Assembly: GCA_028715345.1 (NCBI GenBank)
Contig: JAQUSB010000001.1
Location: 40,047-104,046, forward strand
Length of the DNA: 64,000 nt
Source: Candidatus Omnitrophota bacterium
GTDB lineage: Bacteria > Omnitrophota > Gorgyraeia > 2-01-FULL-45-10
Reading direction: 5' to 3'
Shown: in pieces, positions 35,975-45,373 of the stretch
Layout of the letters: the number at the start of each line of letters is the position of its first letter
Position numbering within the stretch: the first letter of the stretch is position 1
Notes under the pieces: model-generated
Databases searched by the model: none
What the model saw: the letters and a program-made list of their open reading frames with translations, nothing else
What the model was told of the DNA's origin: nothing
Translations under genes and position numbers: made by a program

Positions 35975-36460
35975 TTATAACGTTATCGCCGGACGCTTGG
36001 ACCTCTCCGGCTGTTTCAATATATCCCCATCCTCTTTATATTTCTTCAATATGAAATGCGTTACCGTGCCGCGCACATTCTCCATCGGCGACAATTTTTC
36101 GGCGACAAAATTTGAAACCGTGTGTATGCTCTTTCCTTCCACCACGACCAAGAGATCGTACGCGCCCGACATAAGGTAGCAGCTCGTGACCTCGGGGAAC
36201 TGGTATATACGCTCCGCGACGTGTTCGAACCCCAGATTTTTCTGCGGTGTGATCCTGACCTCTATGAGAGCGCGCACACCCGAATCATCTTCTCTGGAGA
36301 TCTCTTTGTTCACGATGGCTTTATACTTCAATATCACGCCGTCTTTCTCCAGTTTTTTGATCTCTTTTCTTACGGCGGCAGGGGCAATGCCGGTCATCCG
36401 CGCTATCTCTTCCGGCGTCGTCCTCGCGTCCTTTTCCAGTATCTCCAATATCTCGTTCAT
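35975..36460 (-). CDS. Lrp/AsnC-family transcriptional regulator
   Basis: ATG at 36460 behind SD AAGGAGGG. HTH ILEILEKDARTTPEEIARMTGIAPAAVRKEIKKLEKDGVI plus C-terminal RAM domain. Confidence 0.8.
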   Translation of the reverse strand: MNEILEILEKDARTTPEEIARMTGIAPAAVRKEIKKLEKDGVILKYKAIVNKEISREDDSGVRALIEVRITPQKNLGFEHVAERIYQFPEVTSCYLMSGAYDLLVVVEGKSIHTVSNFVAEKLSPMENVRGTVTHFILKKYKEDGDILKQPERSKRPAITL

Positions 36461-36541
36461 TCCGAATCCCTCCTTAAACTTAAAAGGGGCTTCCCTCTTT
36501 TGTGAGGTGGAGCCCCTTTTCAAGAAATTTTTATCTATCCT

Positions 36542-37057
36542 TTACTTGGTGGCAGCTCCCTCTTCCGGCCATCCGGCTCCGCTTTGTGCCGGCGCGGCTT
36601 CATATTTACTTAAAACTTCCCACGTCTTCGGCCCGACGATCCCGTCGACTTTAAGGCCGTTCGCTCCCTGGAATTCTTTTATCGCTTTTTTGGTGTTCCT
36701 GCCTTTGACACCGTCTATCTTGCCGCTATAAAAACCCGCGTTCTTAAGGCAAGTCTGTATATCTTTTATGCGCGCCTTGCCATCGACGGATCCCGACGAC
36801 CTGGTAGTTATATTGGTTCTCACCGTACTTTCCTTCGACGACTTTATCTCTTCTATCGTCTGGGCCTGCTGGCTCACCGCGCGTTCGGCTTCGGATTGCT
36901 TCGACTCTACGGACTCCATCCTGGATTCCAAAGTATCGACTTTAGATTTTATGCCGGAAACTTCTTCTTTGAACTTTTTGGGAACAGTGCTGCAACCGGA
37001 TATTAAAAATACCGCCGCTACCGCAACAACAGCCAACGCCATATTTTTTCTTCCCAT
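36542..37057 (-). CDS. lipoprotein with C-terminal peptidoglycan-binding domain (paralog of 34254..34706)
   Basis: 171 aa with lipobox ISGC. C-terminus IKDIQTCLKNAGFYSGKIDGVKGRNTKKAIKEFQGANGLKVDGIVGPKTW is nearly identical in pattern to the other copy. Confidence 0.6.
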   Translation of the reverse strand: MGRKNMALAVVAVAAVFLISGCSTVPKKFKEEVSGIKSKVDTLESRMESVESKQSEAERAVSQQAQTIEEIKSSKESTVRTNITTRSSGSVDGKARIKDIQTCLKNAGFYSGKIDGVKGRNTKKAIKEFQGANGLKVDGIVGPKTWEVLSKYEAAPAQSGAGWPEEGAATK

Positions 37058-37121
37058 TTAAAATTCCTCCCGTTCAAAATCTTTTAAAGATTATATGCTA
37101 CTATTATATAAAAATCAATTA

Positions 37122-37916
37122 CTATTTTTTATTTTTCGCGCTGATAAGCAGTGTGCTGGCCTCTTTTACGCTCGCGCCTTCATGCACTATCTTCCGGATG
37201 GCTTTTACCATACCGACGGCGTTATCCGACTGCCATATATTCCTGCCCATATCGACGCCTTTGGCGCCTTCGTTCACCGCGTTGTAGGCGAGTTTAAGCA
37301 CGTCGAGTTCCGTCTTGAGTTTCGGCCCGCCTGCTATGACAAGCGGCACAGGGCACGAATTCACGATCTTTTCGAAATCCTCGCAATAATATGTTTTGAC
37401 GACCTGCGCGCCGAGTTCGGCGGCTATCCTGCAGCACAATCCAAGGTAACGCGAGTCCCTCTTTTCGAGCTCTTTGCCGACGGCGGTAACGGCCAGGACG
37501 GGCATGCCGTACCTCTGGGCTTCGTTCACAAGAGCGCCCAGGGCCATAAGGGTTTGATGTTCGTGTTCGGTACCGACATATATGGACAGCGCTACGGCGG
37601 ATGCGTTAAGCCTGAGAGCCTCTTCCACCGAGGTCTGGATGCCTTCGTCCGAAAGCGCCGGGCCGGCAATACTGTTGCCGCCGGAGACTCTGAGTATCGC
37701 CGGGATATCGAGGGAAGCGTCGACGCAATTACGCAGGACGCCGCGCGTCAGCATAATGGCATCGATGAAAGGAAGGAGCGGTTTTATCGTCTTGGCCGGA
37801 TCGTCGAGCTTAGCTACCGGGCCTAAAAAATAACCGTGATCGACGGCGAGCCACACTGCTTTACCGCTGTCAGGCCTTATCAGGCGGGACATCCTGTTCT
37901 TCATTCCCCAGTCCAT
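37122..37916 (-). CDS. class I aldolase of the DhnA/FbaB archaeal-type family (fructose-bisphosphate aldolase or ADH synthase-like)
   Basis: 264 aa with VWLAVDHG and the Schiff-base lysine in VVKTYY. Adjacent to pckG. Confidence 0.55.
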   Translation of the reverse strand: MDWGMKNRMSRLIRPDSGKAVWLAVDHGYFLGPVAKLDDPAKTIKPLLPFIDAIMLTRGVLRNCVDASLDIPAILRVSGGNSIAGPALSDEGIQTSVEEALRLNASAVALSIYVGTEHEHQTLMALGALVNEAQRYGMPVLAVTAVGKELEKRDSRYLGLCCRIAAELGAQVVKTYYCEDFEKIVNSCPVPLVIAGGPKLKTELDVLKLAYNAVNEGAKGVDMGRNIWQSDNAVGMVKAIRKIVHEGASVKEASTLLISAKNKK

Positions 37917-37929
37917 ATCGCTCCCCCCT

Positions 37930-39699
37930 TTACCCTAACTTCTTTTTCATTGTATTCAATTCGTCCCACATCTCTTTGGGCAGCCTGGGACCGAATTTTT
38001 TGAAAAATGTTTCTATGTCGGCGGCTTCTCGTATCCATCCGTCCTTGTCTATCGCGAATAATTTTTTAAGGTCGTCTTTAGAGATATCCAATCCCGACAT
38101 ATCGAGGTCTTCGATCTTAGGAGTAAGGCCTATAGGCGTTTCATTAGCGCCGACCCTGCCGTGGACCCTGTCTATCACCCATTTGAGGACGCGGACATTA
38201 TGTCCGAACCCGGGCCACAAATATTTGCCGGCCCCGTCGGTCCTGAACCAATTTATGGAAAATACCCTGGGTTTATAGGCGAGTTTTGTTTCTATGTTAA
38301 GCCAATGCCTGAAATAATCCGCCATATTGTAGCCGCAGAAAGGGAGCATCGCCATCGGGTCGCGCCTTATGACGCCCTCCGCATGGCTTGCCGCCGCGGT
38401 CGTCTCCGAGCCCATGCGCGCGCCGAGGAAAACGTTATTCTGCCAGCTTGTGCCTTCGACTATGAGAGGCAGCAGGCTCATGCGCCTCGAGCCGAAGAGG
38501 ATCGCCGATATCGGGACGCCCTGCGGGTTCTCGAACAGAGGCGACAACGTCGGGCACTGGTATGCCGAAACCGTAAATCTTGAATTGGGATGGGCCGCTT
38601 TAGCGCCGGAAGCCGGGTTCCATTTATTGCCGCGCCAGTCTATCAGGTTTTCAGGTTTGGCGCCGTTCATACCTTCCCACCACGGTTCGTTCGTGTCCGC
38701 GTTTATGGCGGTATTTGTAAATAACGTCGGGTAAAAGGTGCCTTTGGTAAGGGTCGCCATCATGTTGGGATTCGTATTTTTAGACGTACCCGGCGCGACG
38801 CCGAAGAACCCTGTCTCCGGGTTTATCGCCCAGAGCCTTCCGTCCTCGCCGATATTCATCCACGCGATATCATCGCCCACCGTCCAGATCTTATAACCGG
38901 GGAGCACCGACTGCATCATCGCTAAATTCGTTTTGCCGCACGCGCTCGGCAATGCCGCCGCGATATAAGTCGTATCGCCGCTCGGATCCTGCGCGCCGAG
39001 TATGACCATGTGCTCGGCCAGCCACCCTTCCTGCAGGCCGAGATACGACGCTATCCTGAGCGAAAAGCATTTTTTCCCGAGCAAAGCGTTACCGCCGTAG
39101 CCCGATCCTATACTCCACACGAAGTGCTCGTCGGGAAAATGCATTATGAGGCGCTTTGCGGGATTCAGGTCGCCTACCGAATGCAGCCCTTTGACAAATT
39201 CTTTGCTGTTGCCTATTTTATCTATGATCTTTTTTGACATGCGCGTCATTATGCGCATGCTTATCGCCACATATACGGAATCGGTGAGCTGTATGCAGGC
39301 CTTTGCGTAAGGAGAATCGGGATGGCCCATCATATAAGGGAGCACGTACATCGTCTTTCCCTTCATACAACCGTCGGAAATAGCGCCTATCTTCTTCTTG
39401 GCTTCGTTCGGCTCCATCCAATTATTGTTCGGGCCGGCAGTCTCTTTATCCGGGTGGCAGACATATGTCAGATGTTCCGTACGCGCGACATCGGTAGGAT
39501 GGCTGCGGTGATAGTATGCTCTTGGAAAAGTCTTCTGGTTGAGTTCCGAAAACACGGCGTGGCCGTCGATCTTCTCTTCTTTGATGCCGATCTCTATCAG
39601 GCGGCGGGCTTCCTCTTCGGAGCCGTCGCACCAGTATATCCTGTCAGGCTTGGTAAGTTTAGCCTGCTCCTCGACCCATCTTTCCAGCGGTGTTGCCAT
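37930..39699 (-). CDS. pckG: phosphoenolpyruvate carboxykinase (GTP)
   Basis: 589 aa. GTP-PEPCK N-terminus plus kinase-1a-like GSGYGGNALLGKKC and conserved PSACGKTN P-loop. Confidence 0.85.
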   Translation of the reverse strand: MATPLERWVEEQAKLTKPDRIYWCDGSEEEARRLIEIGIKEEKIDGHAVFSELNQKTFPRAYYHRSHPTDVARTEHLTYVCHPDKETAGPNNNWMEPNEAKKKIGAISDGCMKGKTMYVLPYMMGHPDSPYAKACIQLTDSVYVAISMRIMTRMSKKIIDKIGNSKEFVKGLHSVGDLNPAKRLIMHFPDEHFVWSIGSGYGGNALLGKKCFSLRIASYLGLQEGWLAEHMVILGAQDPSGDTTYIAAALPSACGKTNLAMMQSVLPGYKIWTVGDDIAWMNIGEDGRLWAINPETGFFGVAPGTSKNTNPNMMATLTKGTFYPTLFTNTAINADTNEPWWEGMNGAKPENLIDWRGNKWNPASGAKAAHPNSRFTVSAYQCPTLSPLFENPQGVPISAILFGSRRMSLLPLIVEGTSWQNNVFLGARMGSETTAAASHAEGVIRRDPMAMLPFCGYNMADYFRHWLNIETKLAYKPRVFSINWFRTDGAGKYLWPGFGHNVRVLKWVIDRVHGRVGANETPIGLTPKIEDLDMSGLDISKDDLKKLFAIDKDGWIREAADIETFFKKFGPRLPKEMWDELNTMKKKLG

Positions 39700-39700
39700 T

Positions 39701-40729
39701 TTATCCTTGCGGTTTAATTATAACCTTTATCGAATCTTTCGCTTCCGCGACCAATTTAAAACCTAAGCCCGTGTCCTTCAGGGCAAACAGGTTTGTTATC
39801 ATATCATAAACGTTTACTTTATGCGAGGTAATTTTTTTCAGAGCCTCGATGTGGTCTTTCGGGCTTCCGGCGTATGAACTTACGATCTTTACCTCATTTC
39901 GCCAGAATATATCGTTTATAGGGACGGGAAATAACGCGTCCTTCTCCGCTGCCGCGAAAATAAGCACCGTCCCGCCGCGTTCGACAGACCTCAGGGCCTG
40001 TTCGAAGGCAGACTTAGCCCCTGCGCAAATTATAACGTGATCGGCGAGATATCCGTCATTCAAACTTTTTATTTTCTCAGGGGTATAGTCTTTGGCGTTC
40101 ATGGCGTGATCGGCGCCGAATCTCTCCGCGGCTTTGAGGCGCGGAGCGGCAATATCCGTAGCGAATATCTTTTTAGCGCCGCCCAGCTTCGCGAGCTGTA
40201 TGTGCAGGAGGCCCGATATGCCGCTGCCCACTACAAGCACCGTCTTGCCCTTCACGGGCCCGGCCATGCGCTGGCCGCGAATGACGCAGGCGAGCGGTTC
40301 AATGAACGTCGCTTCCTCGAAAGAGACACTGCGCGGGATCCGATAGACGCCCTTTTCGACGTTTATCTTCGGGATGCGGACAAATTCGGAAAATCCTCCG
40401 GGGTCGAAATTCGTCTTCCTGAGGGTATCGCAGACCGTCTCGTGGCCTGCGCGGCAGAAACGGCATTTGCCGCACGGAACATGATGCGAGGCCGAGACCC
40501 TGTCGCCGACTCTATATCCTTTGACGCCTTTGCCCGCTTCGACTACAGTGCCCGCGATCTCGTGGCCCAGGACGAGCGGGACCCTGTGGATGCGGTACCA
40601 TTCGAGACAATCGGTCCCGCATATGCCGCTCGCTTCTATTTTCACAAGGAGCTCGCCGTCGCCTATAACAGGCCGGGGCCTTTCTTCGATACGGATGTCG
40701 TTATTGCTGTAGTAAACTGCGACGCGCAT
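39701..40729 (-). CDS. zinc-dependent alcohol dehydrogenase (MDR family; sorbitol/threonine DH-like)
   Basis: 342 aa with GICGTDCLEW...GHEIAG zinc motif. The structural-zinc Cys cluster CGKCRFCRAG and the GSGISG NAD fold are present. Confidence 0.8.
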   Translation of the reverse strand: MRVAVYYSNNDIRIEERPRPVIGDGELLVKIEASGICGTDCLEWYRIHRVPLVLGHEIAGTVVEAGKGVKGYRVGDRVSASHHVPCGKCRFCRAGHETVCDTLRKTNFDPGGFSEFVRIPKINVEKGVYRIPRSVSFEEATFIEPLACVIRGQRMAGPVKGKTVLVVGSGISGLLHIQLAKLGGAKKIFATDIAAPRLKAAERFGADHAMNAKDYTPEKIKSLNDGYLADHVIICAGAKSAFEQALRSVERGGTVLIFAAAEKDALFPVPINDIFWRNEVKIVSSYAGSPKDHIEALKKITSHKVNVYDMITNLFALKDTGLGFKLVAEAKDSIKVIIKPQG

Positions 40730-40738
40730 AAAGACCGG

Positions 40739-41218
40739 TTACAATACTTTCTGCAGCGATGAAGCTACGAAATCGTTGTCTTTGTTCTTATTGTCGGGGA
40801 TATTTATCTCGTCTACTTTCGAAGCGCCCTTGGCTTCGAGAATGGCGCGTATATGTTTAAAACAATGCTTAACGCCGAGACCGCTGCCGGATGTCAAAAG
40901 CACGATGACGCGCTTGTCTTTGAGGCCCGACAAATTTTCGAGAAATGTATTTATCGACGGCACCGGGGCAAATGCCCATACCGGCGAGCCTATGAGCACA
41001 AGGTCGTAAGAGGCCACGTCGAATTTTACCCCTTGCCCGAGGATGGCCTTATCGCCTTTCCTGGCCGCCCTGCACTGGGCGAGGAAACCTTTTATCTCGA
41101 CGGAGGGCTTAAGCCGCTGCACATGCACTTCGCCTTTGGGTTCCAGCATCTTTCCGAACATCCTGGCCACCCTGTCGGTATTGCCGCTGTAAGAATAGTA
41201 CGTTACGAGTATCTTCAT
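40739..41218 (-). CDS. flavodoxin-family protein
   Basis: 159 aa. N-terminal MKILVTYYSYSGNTD is the flavodoxin FMN-phosphate loop. Confidence 0.7.
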   Translation of the reverse strand: MKILVTYYSYSGNTDRVARMFGKMLEPKGEVHVQRLKPSVEIKGFLAQCRAARKGDKAILGQGVKFDVASYDLVLIGSPVWAFAPVPSINTFLENLSGLKDKRVIVLLTSGSGLGVKHCFKHIRAILEAKGASKVDEINIPDNKNKDNDFVASSLQKVL

Positions 41219-41245
41219 CGATCAGCCCCCTTTAAAATATTTATA

Positions 41246-42253
41246 CTACCACCGCCACGCCGCGCCGGCGTAGCAGGCCACCTCGCTCTTCGATGCCAGC
41301 GCGCGTAAAAATATTTCGCCGTCCGAGCGCAGGATCTTCTTCGATATCACCAGCTCCATACCGAGATCTTTATTTTCGACGCTGTCTTTAAGCTTAAATG
41401 ATACCATGCCCGGGCCCGCAAGCGCAATATCCGCTCCGAAAAGTATCGAATTTATTTTACCGCCGTTATATTTTATTTCGAACGACAATCCCGAGCCGCG
41501 CTTGAATTTCCACCGGCCGAAAAGGGCGATCGTCCGCTTTACGGGCTTTATCCTGCCTTCCAATTTTATCCCCGCTTCATACTTTATATAGTTCTCCGCA
41601 GGGATACCAATACCGGTTTTGAAATCAAAACAGGAACCCGAATCTCCGTCCAGCACATACGATATGCGGGCTTTGCCTTTTATATCCCAATGCCCTTTGA
41701 ACGATAGACCGTGTACGCTCTTTTTCTTCCGTATGAGAACGGCCTTCTCATACCGGTATACGATCTCGTGATCCTTATTTATTTCCCAGGCTCCGTTCAA
41801 ATGAAGGATGTCGGGCGAGCCGCCCTCTTTCTTCACCGCGAAGGACAGCCTGTTATTTTCATCCGCTTTCCACAGGCCCCGGAGAACTAAAGTATATGTA
41901 GCCTGCCCGCCGGACGCGCGTTTTGTAGTTACGGAAAAAGTGAGCGAGTCTTTCTCCGCGCCGAGCAACCGGCCTTCTATCGTCAGTTTGTCCCCGAATG
42001 TGCGCCTGGACTCCTTGTCCAGAGATAGGCACAACCTGTGATCGCCGTCGAGCGACCAGTTACCGCCTATATTTATCCGGTGCGGGATCTTTTCGCTTTC
42101 AGACTGGGGGGCTTTTACCTGATACGAGAGGTTATTGTTTTCGCCTATTTTGAACCGGCCTTCCAATACTCTGCGGAATTTTCTAAGGCCGCTTTCTTCG
42201 CCGTTGATCACAAGCCTGTTGAACGGGTCTATTTCGTAATATGCTCTTCGCAT
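41246..42253 (-). CDS. hypothetical beta-rich protein built from ~50-60-aa internal repeats
   Basis: 335 aa with no signal peptide. At least five repeats have the pattern (L/I)xFxVKxxxxG....LxGxWxIxxDxxI/L. No family recognised. Confidence 0.4.
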   Translation of the reverse strand: MRRAYYEIDPFNRLVINGEESGLRKFRRVLEGRFKIGENNNLSYQVKAPQSESEKIPHRINIGGNWSLDGDHRLCLSLDKESRRTFGDKLTIEGRLLGAEKDSLTFSVTTKRASGGQATYTLVLRGLWKADENNRLSFAVKKEGGSPDILHLNGAWEINKDHEIVYRYEKAVLIRKKKSVHGLSFKGHWDIKGKARISYVLDGDSGSCFDFKTGIGIPAENYIKYEAGIKLEGRIKPVKRTIALFGRWKFKRGSGLSFEIKYNGGKINSILFGADIALAGPGMVSFKLKDSVENKDLGMELVISKKILRSDGEIFLRALASKSEVACYAGAAWRW

Positions 42254-42266
42254 ATATCAGCGGGCG

Positions 42267-43004
42267 CTATTCGAGCATTTTTAAAAAATACATGAGGGCG
42301 AGGCCGATAATAAAAGTTACCATTATAAGGGCGGACCTCTTCCCCCCTTCTTCTTTATGTAATTCGGGGATGAGGTCGCATGAAGCTATATAAATGAAGC
42401 CGCCCGCCGCGGCAGGCATAAGCACCGTTGAAAAACCTCCTATCTTGCCGGCGAAATAATAACCTACCAGCGTCCCCGCTATCGCGAAGAGCGCCGACAG
42501 AAAATTAAAGAACAGGGCTTTCAGCTTGGAGAAGCCGCCGTACACCAGGATGGTGAAATTGCCGAGCTCATTGGGGATCTCGTGGAATACTATAGCCAGC
42601 GTGGTCGCGATGCCGATCTTCACATCCACCAGGAAGACCGCCCCTATCACCAGCCCGTCACCGAAATTGTGCACGATATCGCCGACGATGTTCAGGTATG
42701 TGAACTGGTGTATCTTACATTCAGGTTCGTGGCAATGGCGCCAATGGAGGTATTTTTCCAATATGAAGAATAACATGTAACCCAGCAGTACGAAAAGGAA
42801 CAACTGCCCGATATCTTTCGTATATTCCGCGGCTTCGGGTATGAGGTCGAGGAACGCGCTGCCTATCAAACCTCCGGCTGCGAAAGCCACAAGATATATT
42901 ATAAGTTTTTTCAGGAGTTCGTCCTTCACTAAAAGCGCGAAGGCTCCCACTAAGGAGATAAGGCTTACGATAAAACTCGCCGCAAGCGCGAATATCAGGT
43001 TCAT
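42267..43004 (-). CDS. zupT: ZIP-family metal transporter (ZupT-like)
   Basis: 245 aa with HNFGDGLVIG and HEIPNELGNF metal-binding motifs and a His-rich loop HCHEPECKIH. Confidence 0.8.
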   Translation of the reverse strand: MNLIFALAASFIVSLISLVGAFALLVKDELLKKLIIYLVAFAAGGLIGSAFLDLIPEAAEYTKDIGQLFLFVLLGYMLFFILEKYLHWRHCHEPECKIHQFTYLNIVGDIVHNFGDGLVIGAVFLVDVKIGIATTLAIVFHEIPNELGNFTILVYGGFSKLKALFFNFLSALFAIAGTLVGYYFAGKIGGFSTVLMPAAAGGFIYIASCDLIPELHKEEGGKRSALIMVTFIIGLALMYFLKMLE

Positions 43005-43039
43005 GAAAAAGACTCCTCTCTTGCGTTATTTTAGGGCTA

Positions 43040-43273
43040 TTACTGACGTGAAAGGCCGCTGATACCGTCCGCCATTTTCTGGAATATGCCTATCTTCTTG
43101 AAAGGCACCGTTTCGACTTCATATTTTCCTTTTATCACATCGCCCGCCTTCTGGAATACGCTGTCCTCTTTTTCTTTTTTCGCGTCCTGCTCGGCTTTAA
43201 TTGCCGCGGGCATTGCCATGGAAGCGGCGCAAATGATGAAAGATACGATAAATAGGCCTGTTATTTTTTTCAT
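43040..43273 (-). CDS. small secreted hypothetical protein
   Basis: 77 aa with a signal peptide. Confidence 0.35.
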   Translation of the reverse strand: MKKITGLFIVSFIICAASMAMPAAIKAEQDAKKEKEDSVFQKAGDVIKGKYEVETVPFKKIGIFQKMADGISGLSRQ

Positions 43274-43283
43274 TTTCTCTCCT

Positions 43284-43601
43284 TTATTTATACCAGTCGG
43301 ACTTCCCGGGCTGAACTGTGGTGCTTGTAGCGGCCGTCGTACCCGTAGTCGTCGACGTGGAGGCAGTAGTCGACGTCGAAGCCGACGTCGGCGCGGAAGT
43401 CGGCTGCACCAGCGTATCTCCCGACGAACCGTTAGAAGCCGACGAAGACCCGGACTGCGCCTGCGACGGGTACCACCCTTTATTCTGGAGGAACGGGTAC
43501 CAATCTTTCTGTTCGGCGTAAGCGTAACCCGTCACGGCCGGTAATAAGATCAGCGCTGCCATTATAGCGCGCGGCATAACACCTCTATACATATTTTTCA
43601 T
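43284..43601 (-). CDS. small secreted Ser/Thr-rich protein with repeated (K/S)DWY motifs
   Basis: 105 aa with signal peptide, KDWYP and KGWYP motifs, a low-complexity STSASTSTT tract and KSDWYK. Confidence 0.35.
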   Translation of the reverse strand: MKNMYRGVMPRAIMAALILLPAVTGYAYAEQKDWYPFLQNKGWYPSQAQSGSSSASNGSSGDTLVQPTSAPTSASTSTTASTSTTTGTTAATSTTVQPGKSDWYK

Positions 43602-44472
43602 GCGTCATTTCTTCGGGAAGCTCTTCCCTGAATTCCCGCGATATTTTTATATGCCGCGGGTCGGTCTTTTCTTTCCTCGCAAGACATATAAGCGTAACCA
43701 CTATATCCCTGTCGAACCTTTTCCTGTCGGACTCGAATAACAGATAATCCAGCGACGCCCTGAGCGAAAACGATTTGCCCCTGTACGGCCTTTTCGTCAT
43801 CAGCGCATCGAGGACGTCGACCACGCTTATAAGCTGGGAATATTTATCTATTTTTTTTATCCCTTTCGGATAACCCGAACCGTCAAGGCGCTCGTGATGA
43901 TCGAGTCCGGCGATAGAACATATGACCCTGTCTTTCTTCAAATAATAATTCAGTAGAAGGTAGCCCATCACCGGGTGGGTCTCCATTATCATCCTCTCTT
44001 CCGATGTCAGCTTCCCGGGCTTGTTCAATATGGATATAGGTATGCGCGTCTTGCCGATATCGTGCGTAAATCCGCAATGGGTGATCGTATCTTTGTCGAA
44101 CTTGCCCGGTTTATAAGCGAGGGAAAGCCTTATCGTCAAAGCCGCGACTATGAGGACGTGATGATAGGTGTAAGGCAGGTTCTGTTTCATGGTGCTCAGT
44201 TCGAAGATGAGATCGTTCTCGATCGCGAGAGCGCCGGCTATATCGCATACCTGTTTTTTGACGGCGGGCGGCTTCAATATGTTCGCGTATTTCGGATCGT
44301 AAAAGACTTTGTCGAAGTCCGCGAACAATTCCGTATTCTTTAAAGGTACCCGCGCCTGCTTATGCGCCTCGCCCATCTTCCGTATCTTTTTTATGACTGC
44401 CGGCGTTATCTCCGTATTCTTTTCTACCAGAAGATCGCCGTAAATGGTATACAGGTCGTTCAAAAGGCGCAT
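43585..44472 (-). CDS. stand-alone HD-GYP domain phosphodiesterase
   Basis: 295 aa with HHVLIV...THDIGK...HHERLDGSGYP motifs. Confidence 0.75.
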   Translation of the reverse strand: MRLLNDLYTIYGDLLVEKNTEITPAVIKKIRKMGEAHKQARVPLKNTELFADFDKVFYDPKYANILKPPAVKKQVCDIAGALAIENDLIFELSTMKQNLPYTYHHVLIVAALTIRLSLAYKPGKFDKDTITHCGFTHDIGKTRIPISILNKPGKLTSEERMIMETHPVMGYLLLNYYLKKDRVICSIAGLDHHERLDGSGYPKGIKKIDKYSQLISVVDVLDALMTKRPYRGKSFSLRASLDYLLFESDRKRFDRDIVVTLICLARKEKTDPRHIKISREFREELPEEMTHEKYV

Positions 44473-44536
44473 GATCCCCTCCCCTTGAAGTTTAATTATA
44501 TCATAAATTTATTTCGGGTGTGATATAATATGAAAT

Positions 44537-45346
44537 ATGAAAAAATGCGAACGAAGAAATATACTATACAGGCAATGGGGCTGTTCGGCGCCCAGAGCAA
44601 CGATGATAATGGTGCACGGGCTCGGCGGCCACAGCAATAACTGGGAGCTGGTGGCGAATTTTCTCGTCGAGCATGGCATAGCCTGCTACTCCATAGAGCT
44701 TAAAGGCTTCGGCAATACCGAAGGCGTCAGGGGCCACATAGATTCCCTGAACGTTTACTTAAAGGATATACGCCGCCTTTACAGCATAGTGAAAAGAGAA
44801 CACAGGAACCTCCCGGTATTCGTCGCCGGAGAAAGCATGGGCGGACTCCTTTCTTTCCTTTTAGCCATAAAAAAACCGGCGTTATTACGGGGGATAGTAT
44901 GCGTCTCTCCCGGATTCGCCAGCAGTTTAAAATTTTCTCTGATGGAATACATCAGGATGATATCCGCGCGTTTCTACAATTCGAAGAAGCAATTCGTCAT
45001 GCCTTTCACCAATGAGATGTGCACCCGCGATCCGGAATGCAAAAAGATCATGGATAACGACCCGCTCGAACACAAACTGGCCACCCCGAAACTTTTACAG
45101 AGCATACTGATAGGACAGGTGCTGAGCAGGCTGTTCAAACACAAGATCAGGACGGATACTTTATTTTTACTGGCCGGCGCCGATACTTTTGTAAGTTCGG
45201 AGGCGAGCAAAAAAATATTCGAAGGGATAAAGTTCAAAAATAAAGAGCTGCATGAGTACCCGGAGATGCGCCATAGCCTCACCATGGAGCTCGGCAGAGA
45301 AAGAGTATTCGCCGACCTGCTAAAGTGGCTAAATAAACGAATCTAA
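44537..45346 (+). CDS. alpha/beta hydrolase (lysophospholipase/monoacylglycerol lipase-like)
   Basis: 269 aa with IMVHGLGGHS oxyanion motif and GESMGG nucleophile elbow. Confidence 0.75.
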   Translation: MKKCERRNILYRQWGCSAPRATMIMVHGLGGHSNNWELVANFLVEHGIACYSIELKGFGNTEGVRGHIDSLNVYLKDIRRLYSIVKREHRNLPVFVAGESMGGLLSFLLAIKKPALLRGIVCVSPGFASSLKFSLMEYIRMISARFYNSKKQFVMPFTNEMCTRDPECKKIMDNDPLEHKLATPKLLQSILIGQVLSRLFKHKIRTDTLFLLAGADTFVSSEASKKIFEGIKFKNKELHEYPEMRHSLTMELGRERVFADLLKWLNKRI

Positions 45347-45373
45347 AATATCCGCCCTTTAAGGAAAGATCGC

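Noticed and set aside
37095-37826. 243-aa plus-strand ORF
   Set aside because: Antisense to the class I aldolase gene.
40037-40762. 241-aa plus-strand ORF
   Set aside because: Antisense to the Zn-dependent alcohol dehydrogenase.
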